A DNA stretch of 64,000 bases from Auanema rhodensis (taxonomy: Eukaryota > Animalia > Nematoda): the NCBI GenBank assembly GCA_964057225.1, contig OZ059894.1:1488001-1552000 (forward strand), in the 5' to 3' direction. The position numbers were made by a program, and so were the translations under genes. This document shows, in pieces, positions 41,601 through 56,300 of this stretch; within the stretch, counting starts at the first letter, position 1, and each line of letters begins with the position of its first letter. The notes under the pieces are model-generated. The model saw only the letters and a program-made list of their open reading frames with translations. It ran no database searches and was not told where the DNA came from.

Positions 41601-44600
41601 AAAACATTTTGACAAAAATTTTTTCGAAAAATTTCAAAATAATTTAGCAGAAAGTAGATGTTTTTAGATTCCTTTTTTTAAGGCAAAGACGACGGACAAT
41701 GTTATTCAACGAAAAAATTAATTCTTCAGGGTGAAAATCGAGGATATAAGTGTGAACTTATATCAGTTGATATCTCGGTGCATTTTTAAGCTAGCGCAAA
41801 TCTGATAACACAGATCGACGCAGCTTGAAAATCCGCATCGAATGCACTATACTACATTGAGGAACGCTTAATACAAAAATTAGTTATGATCGTTTGAAAA
41901 ATGATGCATTAGTGTATGTTGAGTTTCCATGTACACTCAACATAGCTTCCAAAAACATTTTGACAAAAATTTTTTCGAAAAATTTCAAAATAATTTAGCA
42001 GAAAGTAGATGTTTTTAGATTCCTTTTTTTAAGGCAAAGACGATGGACAATGTTATTCAACGAAAAAATTAATTCTTCAGGGTGAAAATCGAGGATATAA
42101 GTGTGAACTTATATCAGTTGATATCTCGGTGCATTTTTAAGCTAGCGCAAATCTGATAACACAGATCGACGCAGCTTGAAAATCCGCATCGAATGCACTA
42201 TACTACATTGAGGAACGCTTAATACAAAAATTAGTTATGATCGTTTGAAATATGATGCATTAGTGTATGTTGAGTTTCCATGTACACTCAACATAGCTTC
42301 CAAAAACATTTTGACAAAAATTTTTTTCGAAAAATTTCAAAATAATTTAGCAGAAAGTAGATGTTTTTAGATTCCTTTTTTTAAGGCAAAGACGATGGAC
42401 AATGTTATTCAACGAAAAAATTAATTCTTCAGGGTGAAAATCGAGGATATAAGTGTGAACTTATATCAGTTGATATCTCGGTGCATTTTTAAGCTAGCGC
42501 AAATTTGATAACACAGATCGACGCAGCTTGAAAATCCGCATCGAATGCACTATACTACATTGAGGAACGCTTAATACAAAAATTAGTTATGATCGTTTGA
42601 AAAATGATGCATTAGTGTATGTTGAGTTTCCATGTACACTCAACATAGCTTCCAAAAACATTTTGACAAAAATTTTTTCGAAAAATTTCAAAATAATTTA
42701 GCAGAAAGTAGATGTTTTTAGATTCCTTTTTTTAAGGCAAAGACGATGGACAATGTTATTCAACGAAAAAATTAATTCTTCAGGGTGAAAATCGAGGATA
42801 TAAGTGTGAACTTATATCAGTTGATATCTCGGTGCATTTTTAAGCTAGCGCAAATCTGATAACACAGATCGACGCAGCTTGAAAATCCGCATCGAATGCA
42901 CTATACTACATTGAGGAACGCTTAATACAAAAATTAGTTATGATCGTTTGAAATATGATGCATTAGTGTATGTTGAGTTTCCATGTACACTCAACATAGC
43001 TTCCAAAAACATTTTGACAAAAATTTTTTCGAAAAATTTCAAAATAATTTAGCAGAAAGTAGATGTTTTTAGATTCCTTTTTTTAAGGCAAAGACGATGG
43101 ACAATGTTATTCAACGAAAAAATTAATTCTTCAGGGTGAAAATCGAGGATATAAGTGTGAACTTATATCAGTTGATATCTCGGTGCATTTTTAAGCTAGC
43201 GCAAATTTGATAACACAGATCGACGCAGCTTGAAAATCCGCATCGAATGCACTATACTACATTGAGGAACGCTTAATACAAAAATTAGTTATGATCGTTT
43301 GAAAAATGATGCATTAGTGTATGTTGAGTTTCCATGTACACTCAACATAGCTTCCAAAAACATTTTGACAAAAATTTTTTCGAAAAATTTCAAAATAATT
43401 TAGCAGAAAGTAGATGTTTTTAGATTCCTTTTTTTAAGGCAAAGACGATGGACAATGTTATTCAACGAAAAAATTAATTCTTCAGGGTGAAAATCGAGGA
43501 TATAAGTGTGAACTTATATCAGTTGATATCTCGGTGCATTTTTAAGCTAGCGCAAATCTGATAACACAGATCGACGCAGCTTGAAAATCCGCATCGAATG
43601 CACTATACTACTTTGAGAAACGCTTAATACAAAAATTAGTTATGATCGTTTGAAAAATGATGCATTAGTGTATGTTGAGTTTCCATGTACACTCAACATA
43701 GCTTCCAAAAACATTTTGACAAAATTTTTTTCAAAAAATTTCAAAATAATTTAGCAGAAAGTAGATATTTTTAGATTCCTTTTTTTAAGGCAAAGACGAC
43801 GGACAATGTTATTCAACGAAAAAATTAATTCTTCAGGGTGAAAATCGAGGATATAAGTGTGAACTTATATCAGTTGATATCTCGGTGCATTTTTAAGCTA
43901 GCGCAAATCTGATAACACAGATCGACGCAGCTTGAAAATCCGCATCGAATGCACTATACTACATTGAGGAACGCTTAATACAAAAATTAGTTATGATCGT
44001 TTGAAAAATGATGCATTAGTGTATGTTGAGTTTCCATGTACACTCAACATAGCTTCCAAAAACATTTTGACAAAAATTTTTTCGAAAAATTTCAAAATAA
44101 TTTAGCAGAAAGTAGATGTTTTTAGATTCCTTTTTTTAAGGCAAAGACGATGGACAATGTTATTCAACGAAAAAATTAATTCTTCAGGGTGAAAATCGAG
44201 AATATAAGTGTGAACTTATATCAGTTGATATCTCGGTGCATTTTTAAGCTAGCGCAAATCTGATAACACAGATCGACGCAGCTTGAAAATCCGCATCGAA
44301 TGCACTATACTACATTGAGGAACGCTTAATACAAAAATTAGTTATGATCGTTTGAAAAATGATGCATTAGTGTATGTTGAGTTTCCATGTACACTCAACA
44401 TAGCTTCCAAAAACATTTTGACAAAAATTTTTTCGAAAAATTTCAAAATAATTTAGCAGAAAGTAGATGTTTTTAGATTCCTTTTTTTAAGGCAAAGACG
44501 ATGGACAATGTTATTCAACGAAAAAATTAATTCTTCAGGGTGAAAATCGAGGATATAAGTGTGAACTTATATCAGTTGATATCTCGGTGCATTTTTAAGC

Positions 44601-45282
44601 TAGCGCAAATCTGATAACACAGATCGACGCAGCTTGAAAATCCGCATCGAATGCACTATACTACATTGAGGAACGCTTAATACAAAAATTAGTTATGATC
44701 GTTTGAAAAATGATGCATTAGTGTATGTTGAGTTTCCATGTACACTCAACATAGCTTCCAAAAACATTTTGACAAAAATTTTTTCGAAAAATTTCAAAAT
44801 AATTTAGCAGAAAGTAGATGTTTTTAGATTCCTTTTTTTAAGGCAAAGACGATGGACAATGTTATTCAACGAAAAAATTAATTCTTCAGGGTGAAAATCG
44901 AGAATATAAGTGTGAACTTATATCAGTTGATATCTCGGTGCATTTTTAAGCTAGCGCAAATCTGATAACACAGATCGACGCAGCTTGAAAATCCGCATCG
45001 AATGCACTATACTACATTGAGGAACGCTTAATACAAAAATTAGTTATGATCGTTTGAAAAATGATGCATTAGTGTATGTTGAGTTTCCATGTACACTCAA
45101 CATAGCTTCCAAAAACATTTTGACAAAAATTTTTTCGAAAAATTTCAAAATAATTTAGCAGAAAGTAGATGTTTTTAGATTCCTTTTTTTAAGGCAAAGA
45201 CGATGGACAATGTTATTCAACGAAAAAATTAATTCTTCAGGGTGAAAATCGAGGATATAAGTGTGAACTTATATCAGTTGAT
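38613..45282 (+). repeat. Duplicated multi-monomer block (M111-117 repeated from M119, 8-monomer offset) with later dimer duplications
   Basis: The order [A85T,G91A,T273C]-cons-[A129T]-[C31T]-[A85T,G91A,A198T,G206A,T273C]-[G323A]-cons occurs at 38613-41069 and again from 41421. The second copy has an extra A129T/C31T pair and an extra G323A/cons pair. Confidence 0.7.
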
Positions 45283-48200
45283 ATCTCGGTGCATTTTTAA
45301 GCTAGCGCAAATCTGATAACACAGATCGACGCAGCTTGAAAATCCGCATCGAATGCACTATACTACATTGAGGAACGCTTAATACAAAAATTAGTTATGA
45401 TCGTTTGAAAAATGATGCATTAGTGTATGTTGAGTTTCCATGTACACTCAACATAGCTTCCAAAAACATTTTGACAAAAATTTTTTCGAAAAATTTCAAA
45501 ATAATTTAGCAGAAAGTAGATGTTTTTAGATTCCTTTTTTTAAGGCAAAGACGATGGACAATGTTATTCAACGAAAAAATTAATTCTTCAGGGTGAAAAT
45601 CGAGGATATAAGTGTGAACTTATATCAGTTGATATCTCGGTGCATTTTTAAGCTAGCGCAAATCTGATAACACAGATCGACGCAGCTTGAAAATCCGCAT
45701 CGAATGCACTATACTACTTTGAGAAACGCTTAATACAAAAATTAGTTATGATCGTTTGAAAAATGATGCATTAGTGTATGTTGAGTTTCCATGTACACTC
45801 AACATAGCTTCCAAAAACATTTTGACAAAATTTTTTTCGAAAAATTTCAAAATAATTTAGCAGAAAGTAGATGTTTTTAGATTCCTTTTTTTAAGGCAAA
45901 GACGACAGACAATGTTATTCAACGAAAAAATTAATTCTTCAGGGTGAAAATCGAGAATATAAGTGTGAACTTATATCAGTTGATATCTCGGTGCATTTTT
46001 AAGCTAGCGCAAATCTGATAACACAGATCGACGCAGCTTGAAAATCCGCATCGAATGCACTATACTACATTGAGGAACGCTTAATACAAAAATTAGTTAT
46101 GATCGTTTGAAAAATGATGCATTAGTGTATGTTGAGTTTCCATGTACACTCAACATAGCTTCCAAAAACATTTTGACAAAAATTTTTTCGAAAAATTTCA
46201 AAATAATTTAGCAGAAAGTAGATGTTTTTAGATTCCTTTTTTTAAGGCAAAGACGATGGACAATGTTATTCAACGAAAAAATTAATTCTTCAGGGTGAAA
46301 ATCGAGGATTTAAGTGTGAACTTATATCAGTTGATATCTCGGTGCATTTTTAAGCTAGCGCAAATCTGATAACACAGATCGACGCAGCTTGAAAATCCGC
46401 ATCGAATGCACTATACTACTTTGAGAAACGCTTAATACAAAAATTAGTTATGATCGTTTGAAAAATGATGCATTAGTGTATGTTGAGTTTCCATGTACAC
46501 TCAACATAGCTTCCAAAAACATTTTGACAAAATTTTTTTCGAAAAATTTCAAAATAATTTAGCAGAAAGTAGATGTTTTTAGATTCCTTTTTTTAAGGCA
46601 AAGACGACAGACAATGTTATTCAACGAAAAAATTAATTCTTCAGGGTGAAAATCGAGAATATAAGTGTGAACTTATATCAGTTGATATCTCGGTGCATTT
46701 TTAAGCTAGCGCAAATCTGATAACACAGATCGACGCAGCTTGAAAATCCGCATCGAATGCACTATACTACATTGAGGAACGCTTAATACAAAAATTAGTT
46801 ATGATCGTTTGAAAAATGATGCATTAGTGTATGTTGAGTTTCCATGTACACTCAACATAGCTTCCAAAAACATTTTGACAAAAATTTTTTCAAAAAATTT
46901 CAAAATAATTTAGCAGAAAGTAGATGTTTTTAGATTCCTTTTTTTAAGGCAAAGACGATGGACAATGTTATTCAACGAAAAAATTAATTCTTCAGGGTGA
47001 AAATCGAGGATTTAAGTGTGAACTTATATCAGTTGATATCTCGGTGCATTTTTAAGCTAGCGCAAATCTGATAACACAGATCGACGCAGCTTGAAAATCC
47101 GCATCGAATGCACTATACTACATTGAGGAACGCTTAATACAAAAATTAGTTATGATCGTTTGAAAAATGATGCATTAGTGTATGTTGAGTTTCCATGTAC
47201 ACTCAACATAGCTTCCAAAAACATTTTGACAAAAATTTTTTCGAAAAATTTCAAAATAATTTAGCAGAAAGTAGATGTTTTTAGATTCCTTTTTTTAAGG
47301 CAAAGACGATGGACAATGTTATTCAACGAAAAAATTAATTCTTCAGGGTGAAAATCGAGAATATAAGTGTGAACTTATATCAGTTGATATCTCGGTGCAT
47401 TTTTAAGCTAGCGCAAATCTGATAACACAGATCGACGCAGCTTGAAAATCCGCATCGAATGCACTATACTACATTGAGGAACGCTCAATACAAAAATTAG
47501 TTATGATCGTTTGAAAAATGATGCATTAGTGTATGTTGAGTTTCCATGTACACTCAACATAGCTTCCAAAAACATTTTGACAAAAATTTTTTCGAAAAAT
47601 TTCAAAATAATTTAGCAGAAAGTAGATGTTTTGAGATTCCTTTTTTTAAGGCAAAGACGATGGACAATGTTATTCAACGAAAAAATTAATTCTTCAGGGT
47701 GAAAATCGAGGATATAAGTGTGAACTTATATCAGTTGATATCTCGGTGCATTTTTAAGCTAGCGCAAATCTGATAACACAGATCGACGCAGCTTGAAAAT
47801 CCGCATCGAATGCACTATACTACATTGAGGAACGCTTAATACAAAAATTAGTTATGATCGTTTGAAAAATGATGCATTAGTGTATGTTGAGTTTCCATGT
47901 ACACTCAACATAGCTTCCAAAAACATTTTGACAAAAATTTTTTCGAAAAATTTCAAAATAATTTAGCAGAAAGTAGATGTTTTTAGATTCCTTTTTTTAA
48001 GGCAAAGACGATGGACAATGTTATTCAACGAAAAAATTAATTCTTCAGGGTGAAAATCGAGGATATAAGTGTGAACTTATATCAGTTGATATCTCGGTGC
48101 ATTTTTAAGCTAGCGCAAATCTGATAACACAGATCGACGCAGCTTGAAAATCCGCATCGAATGCACTATACTACTTTGAGAAACGCTTAATACAAAAATT

Positions 48201-51200
48201 AGTTATGATCGTTTGAAAAATGATGCATTAGTGTATGTTGAGTTTCCATGTACACTCAACATAGCTTCCAAAAACATTTTGACAAAATTTTTTTCGAAAA
48301 ATTTCAAAATAATTTAGCAGAAAGTAGATGTTTCTAGATTCCTTTTTTTAAGGCAAAGACGACAGACAATGTTATTCAACGAAAAAATTAATTCTTCAGG
48401 GTGAAAATCGAGGATATAAGTGTGAACTTATATCAGTTGATATCTCGGTGCATTTTTAAGCTAGCGCAAATCTGATAACACAGATCGACGCAGCTTGAAA
48501 ATCCGCATCGAATGCACTATACTACTTTGAGAAACGCTTAATACAAAAATTAGTTATGATCGTTTGAAAAATGATGCATTAGTGTATGTTGAGTTTCCAT
48601 GTACACTCAACATAGCTTCCAAAAACATTTTGACAAAATTTTTTTCGAAAAATTTCAAAATAATTTAGCAGAAAGTAGATGTTTTTAGATTCCTTTTTTT
48701 AAGGCAAAGACGATGGACAATGTTATTCAACGAAAAAATTAATTCTTCAGGGTGAAAATCGAGGATATAAGTGTGAACTTATATCAGTTGATATCTCGGT
48801 GCATTTTTAAGCTAGCGCAAATCTGATAACACAGATCGACGCAGCTTGAAAATCCGCATCGAATGCACTATACTACATTGAGGAACGCTTAATACAAAAA
48901 TTAGTTATGATCGTTTGAAAAATGATGCATTAGTGTATGTTGAGTTTCCATGTACACTCAACATAGCTTCCAAAAACATTTTGACAAAAATTTTTTCGAA
49001 AAATTTCAAAATAATTTAGCAGAAAGTAGATGTTTTTAGATTCCTTTTTTTAAGGCAAAGACGATGGACAATGTTATTCAACGAAAAAATTAATTCTTCA
49101 GGGTGAAAATCGAGGATATAAGTGTGAACTTATATCAGTTGATATCTCGGTGCATTTTTAAGCTAGCGCAAATCTGATAACACAGATCGACGCAGCTTGA
49201 AAATCCGCATCGAATGCACTATACTACTTTGAGAAACGCTTAATACAAAAATTAGTTATGATCGTTTGAAAAATGATGCATTAGTGTATGTTGAGTTTCC
49301 ATGTACACTCAACATAGCTTCCAAAAACATTTTGACAAAATTTTTTTCGAAAAATTTCAAAATAATTTAGCAGAAAGTAGATGTTTCTAGATTCCTTTTT
49401 TTAAGGCAAAGACGACAGACAATGTTATTCAACGAAAAAATTAATTCTTCAGGGTGAAAATCGAGGATATAAGTGTGAACTTATATCAGTTGATATCTCG
49501 GTGCATTTTTAAGCTAGCGCAAATCTGATAACACAGATCGACGCAGCTTGAAAATCCGCATCGAATGCACTATACTACATTGAGGAACGCTTAATACAAA
49601 AATTAGTTATGATCGTTTGAAAAATGATGCATTAGTGTATGTTGAGTTTCCATGTACACTCAACATAGCTTCCAAAAACATTTTGACAAAAATTTTTTCG
49701 AAAAATTTCAAAATAATTTAGCAGAAAGTAGATGTTTTTAGATTCCTTTTTTTAAGGCAAAGACGATGGACAATGTTATTCAACGAAAAAATTAATTCTT
49801 CAGGGTGAAAATCGAGGATATAAGTGTGAACTTATATCAGTTGATATCTCGGTGCATTTTTAAGCTAGCGCAAATCTGATAACACAGATCGACGCAGCTT
49901 GAAAATCCGCATCGAATGCACTATACTACATTGAGAAACGCTTAATACAAAAATTAGTTATGATCGTTTGAAAAATGATGCATTAGTTTATGTTGAGTTT
50001 CCATGTACACTCAACATTGCTTCCAAAAACATTTTGACAAAAATTTTTTCGAAAAATTTCAAAATAATTTAGCAAAAAGTAGATGTTTTTAGATTCCTTT
50101 TTTCAAGGCGAAGACGATGGACATTGTTATTCAACGAAAAAATTAATTCTTCAGGGTGAAAATCGAGGATATAAGTGTGAACTGATATCAGTTGATATCT
50201 CGGTGCATTTTTAAGCTAGCGCAAATCTGATAACACAGATCGACGCAGCTTGAAAATCCGCATCGAATGCACTATACTACATTGAAGAACGCTTAATACA
50301 AAAATTAGTTATGATCGTTTGAAAAATGATGCATTAGTGTATGTTGAGTTTCCATGTACACTCAACATAGCTTCCAAAAACATTTTGACAAAAATTTTTT
50401 CGAAAAATTTCAAAATAATTTAGCAGAAAGTAGATGTTTTTAGATTCCTTTTTTTAAGGCAAAGACGATGGACAATGTTATTCAACGAAAAAATTAATTC
50501 TTCAGGGTGAAAATCGAGGATATAAGTGTGAACTTATATCAGTTGATATCTCGGTGCATTTTTAAGCTAGCGCAAATCTGATAACACAGATCGACGCAGC
50601 TTGAAAATCCGCATCGAATGCACTATACTACATTGAGGAACGCTTAATACAAAAATTAGTTATGATCGTTTGAAAAATGATGCATTAGTGTATGTTGAGT
50701 TTCCATGTACACTCAACATAGCTTCCAAAAACATTTTGACAAAAATTTTTTCGAAAAATTTCAAAATAATTTAGCAGAAAGTAGATGTTTTTAGATTTCT
50801 TTTTTTAAGGCAAAGACGATGGACAATGTTATTCAACGAAAAAATTAATTCTTCAGGGTGAAAATCGAGGATATAAGTGTGAACTTATATCAGTTGATAT
50901 CTCGGTGCATTTTTAAGCTAGCGCAAATCTGATAACACAGATCGACGCAGCTTGAAAATCCGCATCGAATGCACTATACTACATTGAGGAACGCTTAATA
51001 CAAAAATTAGTTATGATCGTTTGAAAAATGATGCATTAGTGTATGTTGAGTTTCCATGTACACTCAACATAGCTTCCAAAAACATTTTGACAAAAATTTT
51101 TTCGAAAAATTTCAAAATAATTTAGCAGAAAGTAGATGTTTTTAGATTCCTTTTTTTAAGGCAAAGACGATGGACAATGTTATTCAACGAAAAAATTAAT

Positions 51201-53355
51201 TCTTCAGGGTGAAAATCGAGGATATAAGTGTGAACTTATATCAGTTGATATCTCGGTGCATTTTTAAGCTAGCGCAAATCTGATAACACAGATCGACGCA
51301 GCTTGAAAATCCGCATCGAATGCACTATACTACATTGAGGAACGCTTAATACAAAAATTAGTTATGATCGTTTGAAAAATGATGCATTAGTGTATGTTGA
51401 GTTTCCATGTACACTCAACATAGCTTCCAAAAACATTTTGACAAAAATTTTTTCGAAAAATTTCAAAATAATTTAGCAGAAAGTAGATGTTTTTAGATTC
51501 CTTTTTTTAAGGCAAAGACGATGGACAATGTTATTCAACGAAAAAATTAATTCTTCAGGGTGAAAATCGAGGATATAAGTGTGAACTTATATCAGTTGAT
51601 ATCTCGGTGCATTTTTAAGCTAGCGCAAATCTGATAACACAGATCGACGCAGCTTGAAAATCCGCATCGAATGCACTATACTACATTGAGAAACGCTTAA
51701 TACAAAAATTAGTTATGATCGTTTGAAAAATGATGCATTAGTTTATGTTGAGTTTCCATGTACACTCAACATTGCTTCCAAAAACATTTTGACAAAAATT
51801 TTTTCGAAAAATTTCAAAATAATTTAGCAAAAAGTAGATGTTTTTAGATTCCTTTTTTCAAGGCGAAGACGATGGACATTGTTATTCAACGAAAAAATTA
51901 ATTCTTCAGGGTGAAAATCGAGGATATAAGTGTGAACTGATATCAGTTGATATCTCGGTGCATTTTTAAGCTAGCGCAAATCTGATAACACAGATCGACG
52001 CAGCTTGAAAATCCGCATCGAATGCACTATACTACATTGAGGAACGCTTAATACAAAAATTAGTTATGATCGTTTGAATAATGATGCATTAGTGTATGTT
52101 GAGTTTCCATGTACACTCAACATAGCTTCCAAAAACATTTTGACAAAAATTTTTTCGAAAAATTTCAAAATAATTTAGCAGAAAGTAGATGTTTTTAGAT
52201 TCCTTTTTTTAAGGCAAAGACGATGGACAATGTTATTCAACGAAAAAATTAATTCTTCAGGGTGAAAATCGAGGATATAAGTGTGAACTTATATCAGTTG
52301 ATATCTCGGTGCATTTTTAAGCTAGCGCAAATCTGATAACACAGATCGACGCAGCTTGAAAATCCGCATCGAATGCACTATACTACATTGAGGAACGCTT
52401 AATACAAAAATTAGTTATGATCGTTTGAAAAATGATGCATTAGTGTATGTTGAGTTTCCATGTACACTCAACATAGCTTCCAAAAACATTTTGACAAAAA
52501 TTTTTTCGAAAAATTTCAAAATAATTTAGCAGAAAGTAGATGTTTTTAGATTCCTTTTTTTAAGGCAAAGACGATGGACAATGTTATTCAACGAAAAAAT
52601 TAATTCTTCAGGGTGAAAATCGAGGATATAAGTGTGAACTTATATCAGTTGATATCTCGGTGCATTTTTAAGCTAGCGCAAATCTGATAACACAGATCGA
52701 CGCAGCTTGAAAATCCGCATCGAATGCACTATACTACATTGAGAAACGCTTAATACAAAAATTAGTTATGATCGTTTGAAAAATGATGCATTAGTGTATG
52801 TTGAGTTTCCATGTACACTCAACATAGCTTCCAAAAACATTTTGACAAAAATTTTTTCGAAAAATTTCAAAATAATTTAGCAGAAAGTAGATGTTTTTAG
52901 ATTCCTTTTTTTAAGGCAAAGACGATGGACAATGTTATTCAACGAAAAAATTAATTCTTCAGGGTGAAAATCGAGGATATAAGTGTGAACTTATATCAGT
53001 TGATATCTCGGTGCATTTTTAAGCTAGCGCAAATCTGATAACACAGATCGACGCAGCTTGAAAATCCGCATCGAATGCACTATACTACATTGAGGAACGC
53101 TTAATACAAAAATTAGTTATGATCGTTTGAAAAATGATGCATTAGTGTATGTTGAGTTTCCATGTACACTCAACATAGCTTCCAAAAACATTTTGACAAA
53201 AATTTTTTCGAAAAATTTCAAAATAATTTAGCAGAAAGTAGATGTTTTTAGATTCCTTTTTTTAAGGCAAAGACGATAGACAATGTTATTCAACGAAAAA
53301 ATTAATTCTTCAGGGTGAAAATCGAGGATATAAGTGTGAACTTATATCAGTTGAT

Positions 53356-56300
53356 ATCTCGGTGCATTTTTAAGCTAGCGCAAATCTGATAACACAGATC
53401 GACGCAGCTTGAAAATACGCATCGAATGCACTATACTACTTTGAGAAACGCTTAATACAAAAATTAGTTATGATCGTTTGAAAAATGATGCATTAGTGTA
53501 TGTTGAGTTTCCATGTACACTCAACATAGCTTCCAAAAACATTTTGACAAAAATTTTTTCGAAAAATTTCAAAATAATTTAGCAAAAAGTAGATGTTTTT
53601 AGATTCCTTTTTTCAAGGCAAAGACGATGGACAATGTTATTCAACAAAAAAATTAATTCTTCAGGGTGAAAATCGAGGATATAAGTGTGAACTTATCTCA
53701 GTTGATATCTCGGTGCATTTTTAAGCTAGCGCAAATCTGATAACACAGATCGACGCAGCTTGAAAATCCGCATCGAATGCACTATACTACATTGAGGAAC
53801 GCTTAATACAAAAATTAGTTATGATCGTTTGAAAAATGATGCATTAGTGTATGTTGAGTTTCCATGTACACTCAACATAGCTTCCAAAAACATTTTGACA
53901 AAAATTTTTTCGAAAAATTTCAAAATAATTTAGCAAAAAGTAGATGTTTTTAGATTCCTTTTTTCAAGGCAAAGACGATGGACAATGTTATTCAACAAAA
54001 AAATTAATTCTTCAGGGTGAAAATCGAGGATATAAGTGTGAACTTATCTCAGTTGATATCTCGGTGCATTTTTAAGCTAGCGCAAATCTGATAACACAGA
54101 TCGACGCAGCTTGAAAATACGCATCGAATGCACTATACTACTTTGAGAAACGCTTAATACAAAAATTAGTTATGATCGTTTGAAAAATGATGCATTAGTG
54201 TATGTTGAGTTTCCATGTACACTCAACATTGCTTCCAAAAACATTTTGACAAAAATTTTTTCGAAAAATTTCAAATTAATTTAGCAGAAAGTATATGTTT
54301 TTAGATTCCTTTTTTCAAGGCAAAGACGATGGACAATGTTATTCAACGAAAAAATTAATTCTTCAGGGTGAAAATCGAGGATATAAGTGTGAACTTATAT
54401 CAGTTGATATCTCGGTGCATTTTTAAGCTAGCGCAAATCTGATAACACAGATCGACGCAGCTTGAAAATACGCATCGAATGCACTATACTACTTTGAGAA
54501 ACGCTTAATACAAAAATTAGTTATGATCGTTTGAAAAATGATGCATTAGTGTATGTTGAGTTTCCATGTACACTCAACATAGCTTCCAAAAACATTTTGA
54601 CAAAAATTTTTTCGAAAAATTTCAAAATAATTTAGCAAAAAGTAGATGTTTTTAGATTCCTTTTTTCAAGGCAAAGACGATGGACAATGTTATTCAACAA
54701 AAAAATTAATTCTTCAGGGTGAAAATCGAGGATATAAGTGTGAACTTATCTCAGTTGATATCTCGGTGCATTTTTAAGCTAGCGCAAATCTGATAACACA
54801 GATCGACGCAGCTTGAAAATCCGCATCGAATGCACTATACTACATTGAGGAACGCTTAATACAAAAATTAGTTATGATCGTTTGAAAAATGATGCATTAG
54901 TGTATGTTGAGTTTCCATGTACACTCAACATAGCTTCCAAAAACATTTTGACAAAAATTTTTTCGAAAAATTTCAAAATAATTTAGCAAAAAGTAGATGT
55001 TTTTAGATTCCTTTTTTCAAGGCAAAGACGATGGACAATGTTATTCAACAAAAAAATTAATTCTTCAGGGTGAAAATCGAGGATATAAGTGTGAACTTAT
55101 CTCAGTTGATATCTCGGTGCATTTTTAAGCTAGCGCAAATCTGATAACACAGATCGACGCAGCTTGAAAATACGCATCGAATGCACTATACTACTTTGAG
55201 AAACGCTTAATACAAAAATTAGTTATGATCGTTTGAAAAATGATGCATTAGTGTATGTTGAGTTTCCATGTACACTCAACATTGCTTCCAAAAACATTTT
55301 GACAAAAATTTTTTCGAAAAATTTCAAATTAATTTAGCAGAAAGTATATGTTTTTAGATTCCTTTTTTCAAGGCAAAGACGATGGACAATGTTATTCAAC
55401 GAAAAAATTAATTCTTCAGGGTGAAAATCGAGGATATAAGTGTGAATTTATATCAGTTGATATCTCGGTGCATTTTTAAGCTAGCGCAAATCTGATAACA
55501 CAGATCGACGCAGCTTAAAAATCCGCATCGAATGCACTATACTACATTGAGGAACGCTTAATACAAAAATTAGTTATGATCGTTTGAAAAATGATGCATT
55601 AGTGTATGTTGAGTTTCCATGTACACTCAACATAGCTTCCAAAAACATTTTGACAAAAATTTTTTCGAAAAATTTCAGAATAATTTAGCAAAAAGTAGAT
55701 GTTTTTAGATTTCTTTTCTCAAGGCAAAGACGATGGACAATGTTATTCAACGAAAAAATTAATTCTTCAGGGTGAAAATCGAGGATATAAGTGTGAACTT
55801 ATATCAGTTGATATCTCGGTGCATTTTTAAGCTAGCGCAAATCTGATAACACAGATCGACGCAGCTTGAAAATCCGCATCGAATGCACTATACTACATTG
55901 AGAAACGCTTAATACAAAAATTAGTTATGATCGTTTGAAAAATGATGCATTAGTGTATGTTGAGTTTCCATGTACACTCAACATAGCTTCCAAAAACATT
56001 TTGACAAAAATTTTTTCGAAAAATTTCAAAATAATTTAGCAGAAAGTAGATGTTTTTAGATTCCTTTTTTTAAGGCAAAGACGATGGACAATGTTATTCA
56101 ACGAAAAAATTAATTCTTCAGGGTGAAAATCGAGGATATAAGTGTGAACTTATATCAGTTGATATCTCGTTGCATTTTTAAGCTAGCGCAAATCTGATAA
56201 CACAGATCGACGCAGCTTGAAAATCCGCATCGAATGCACTATACTACATTGAGGAACGCTTAATACAAAAATTAGTTATGATCGTTTGAAAAATGATGCA

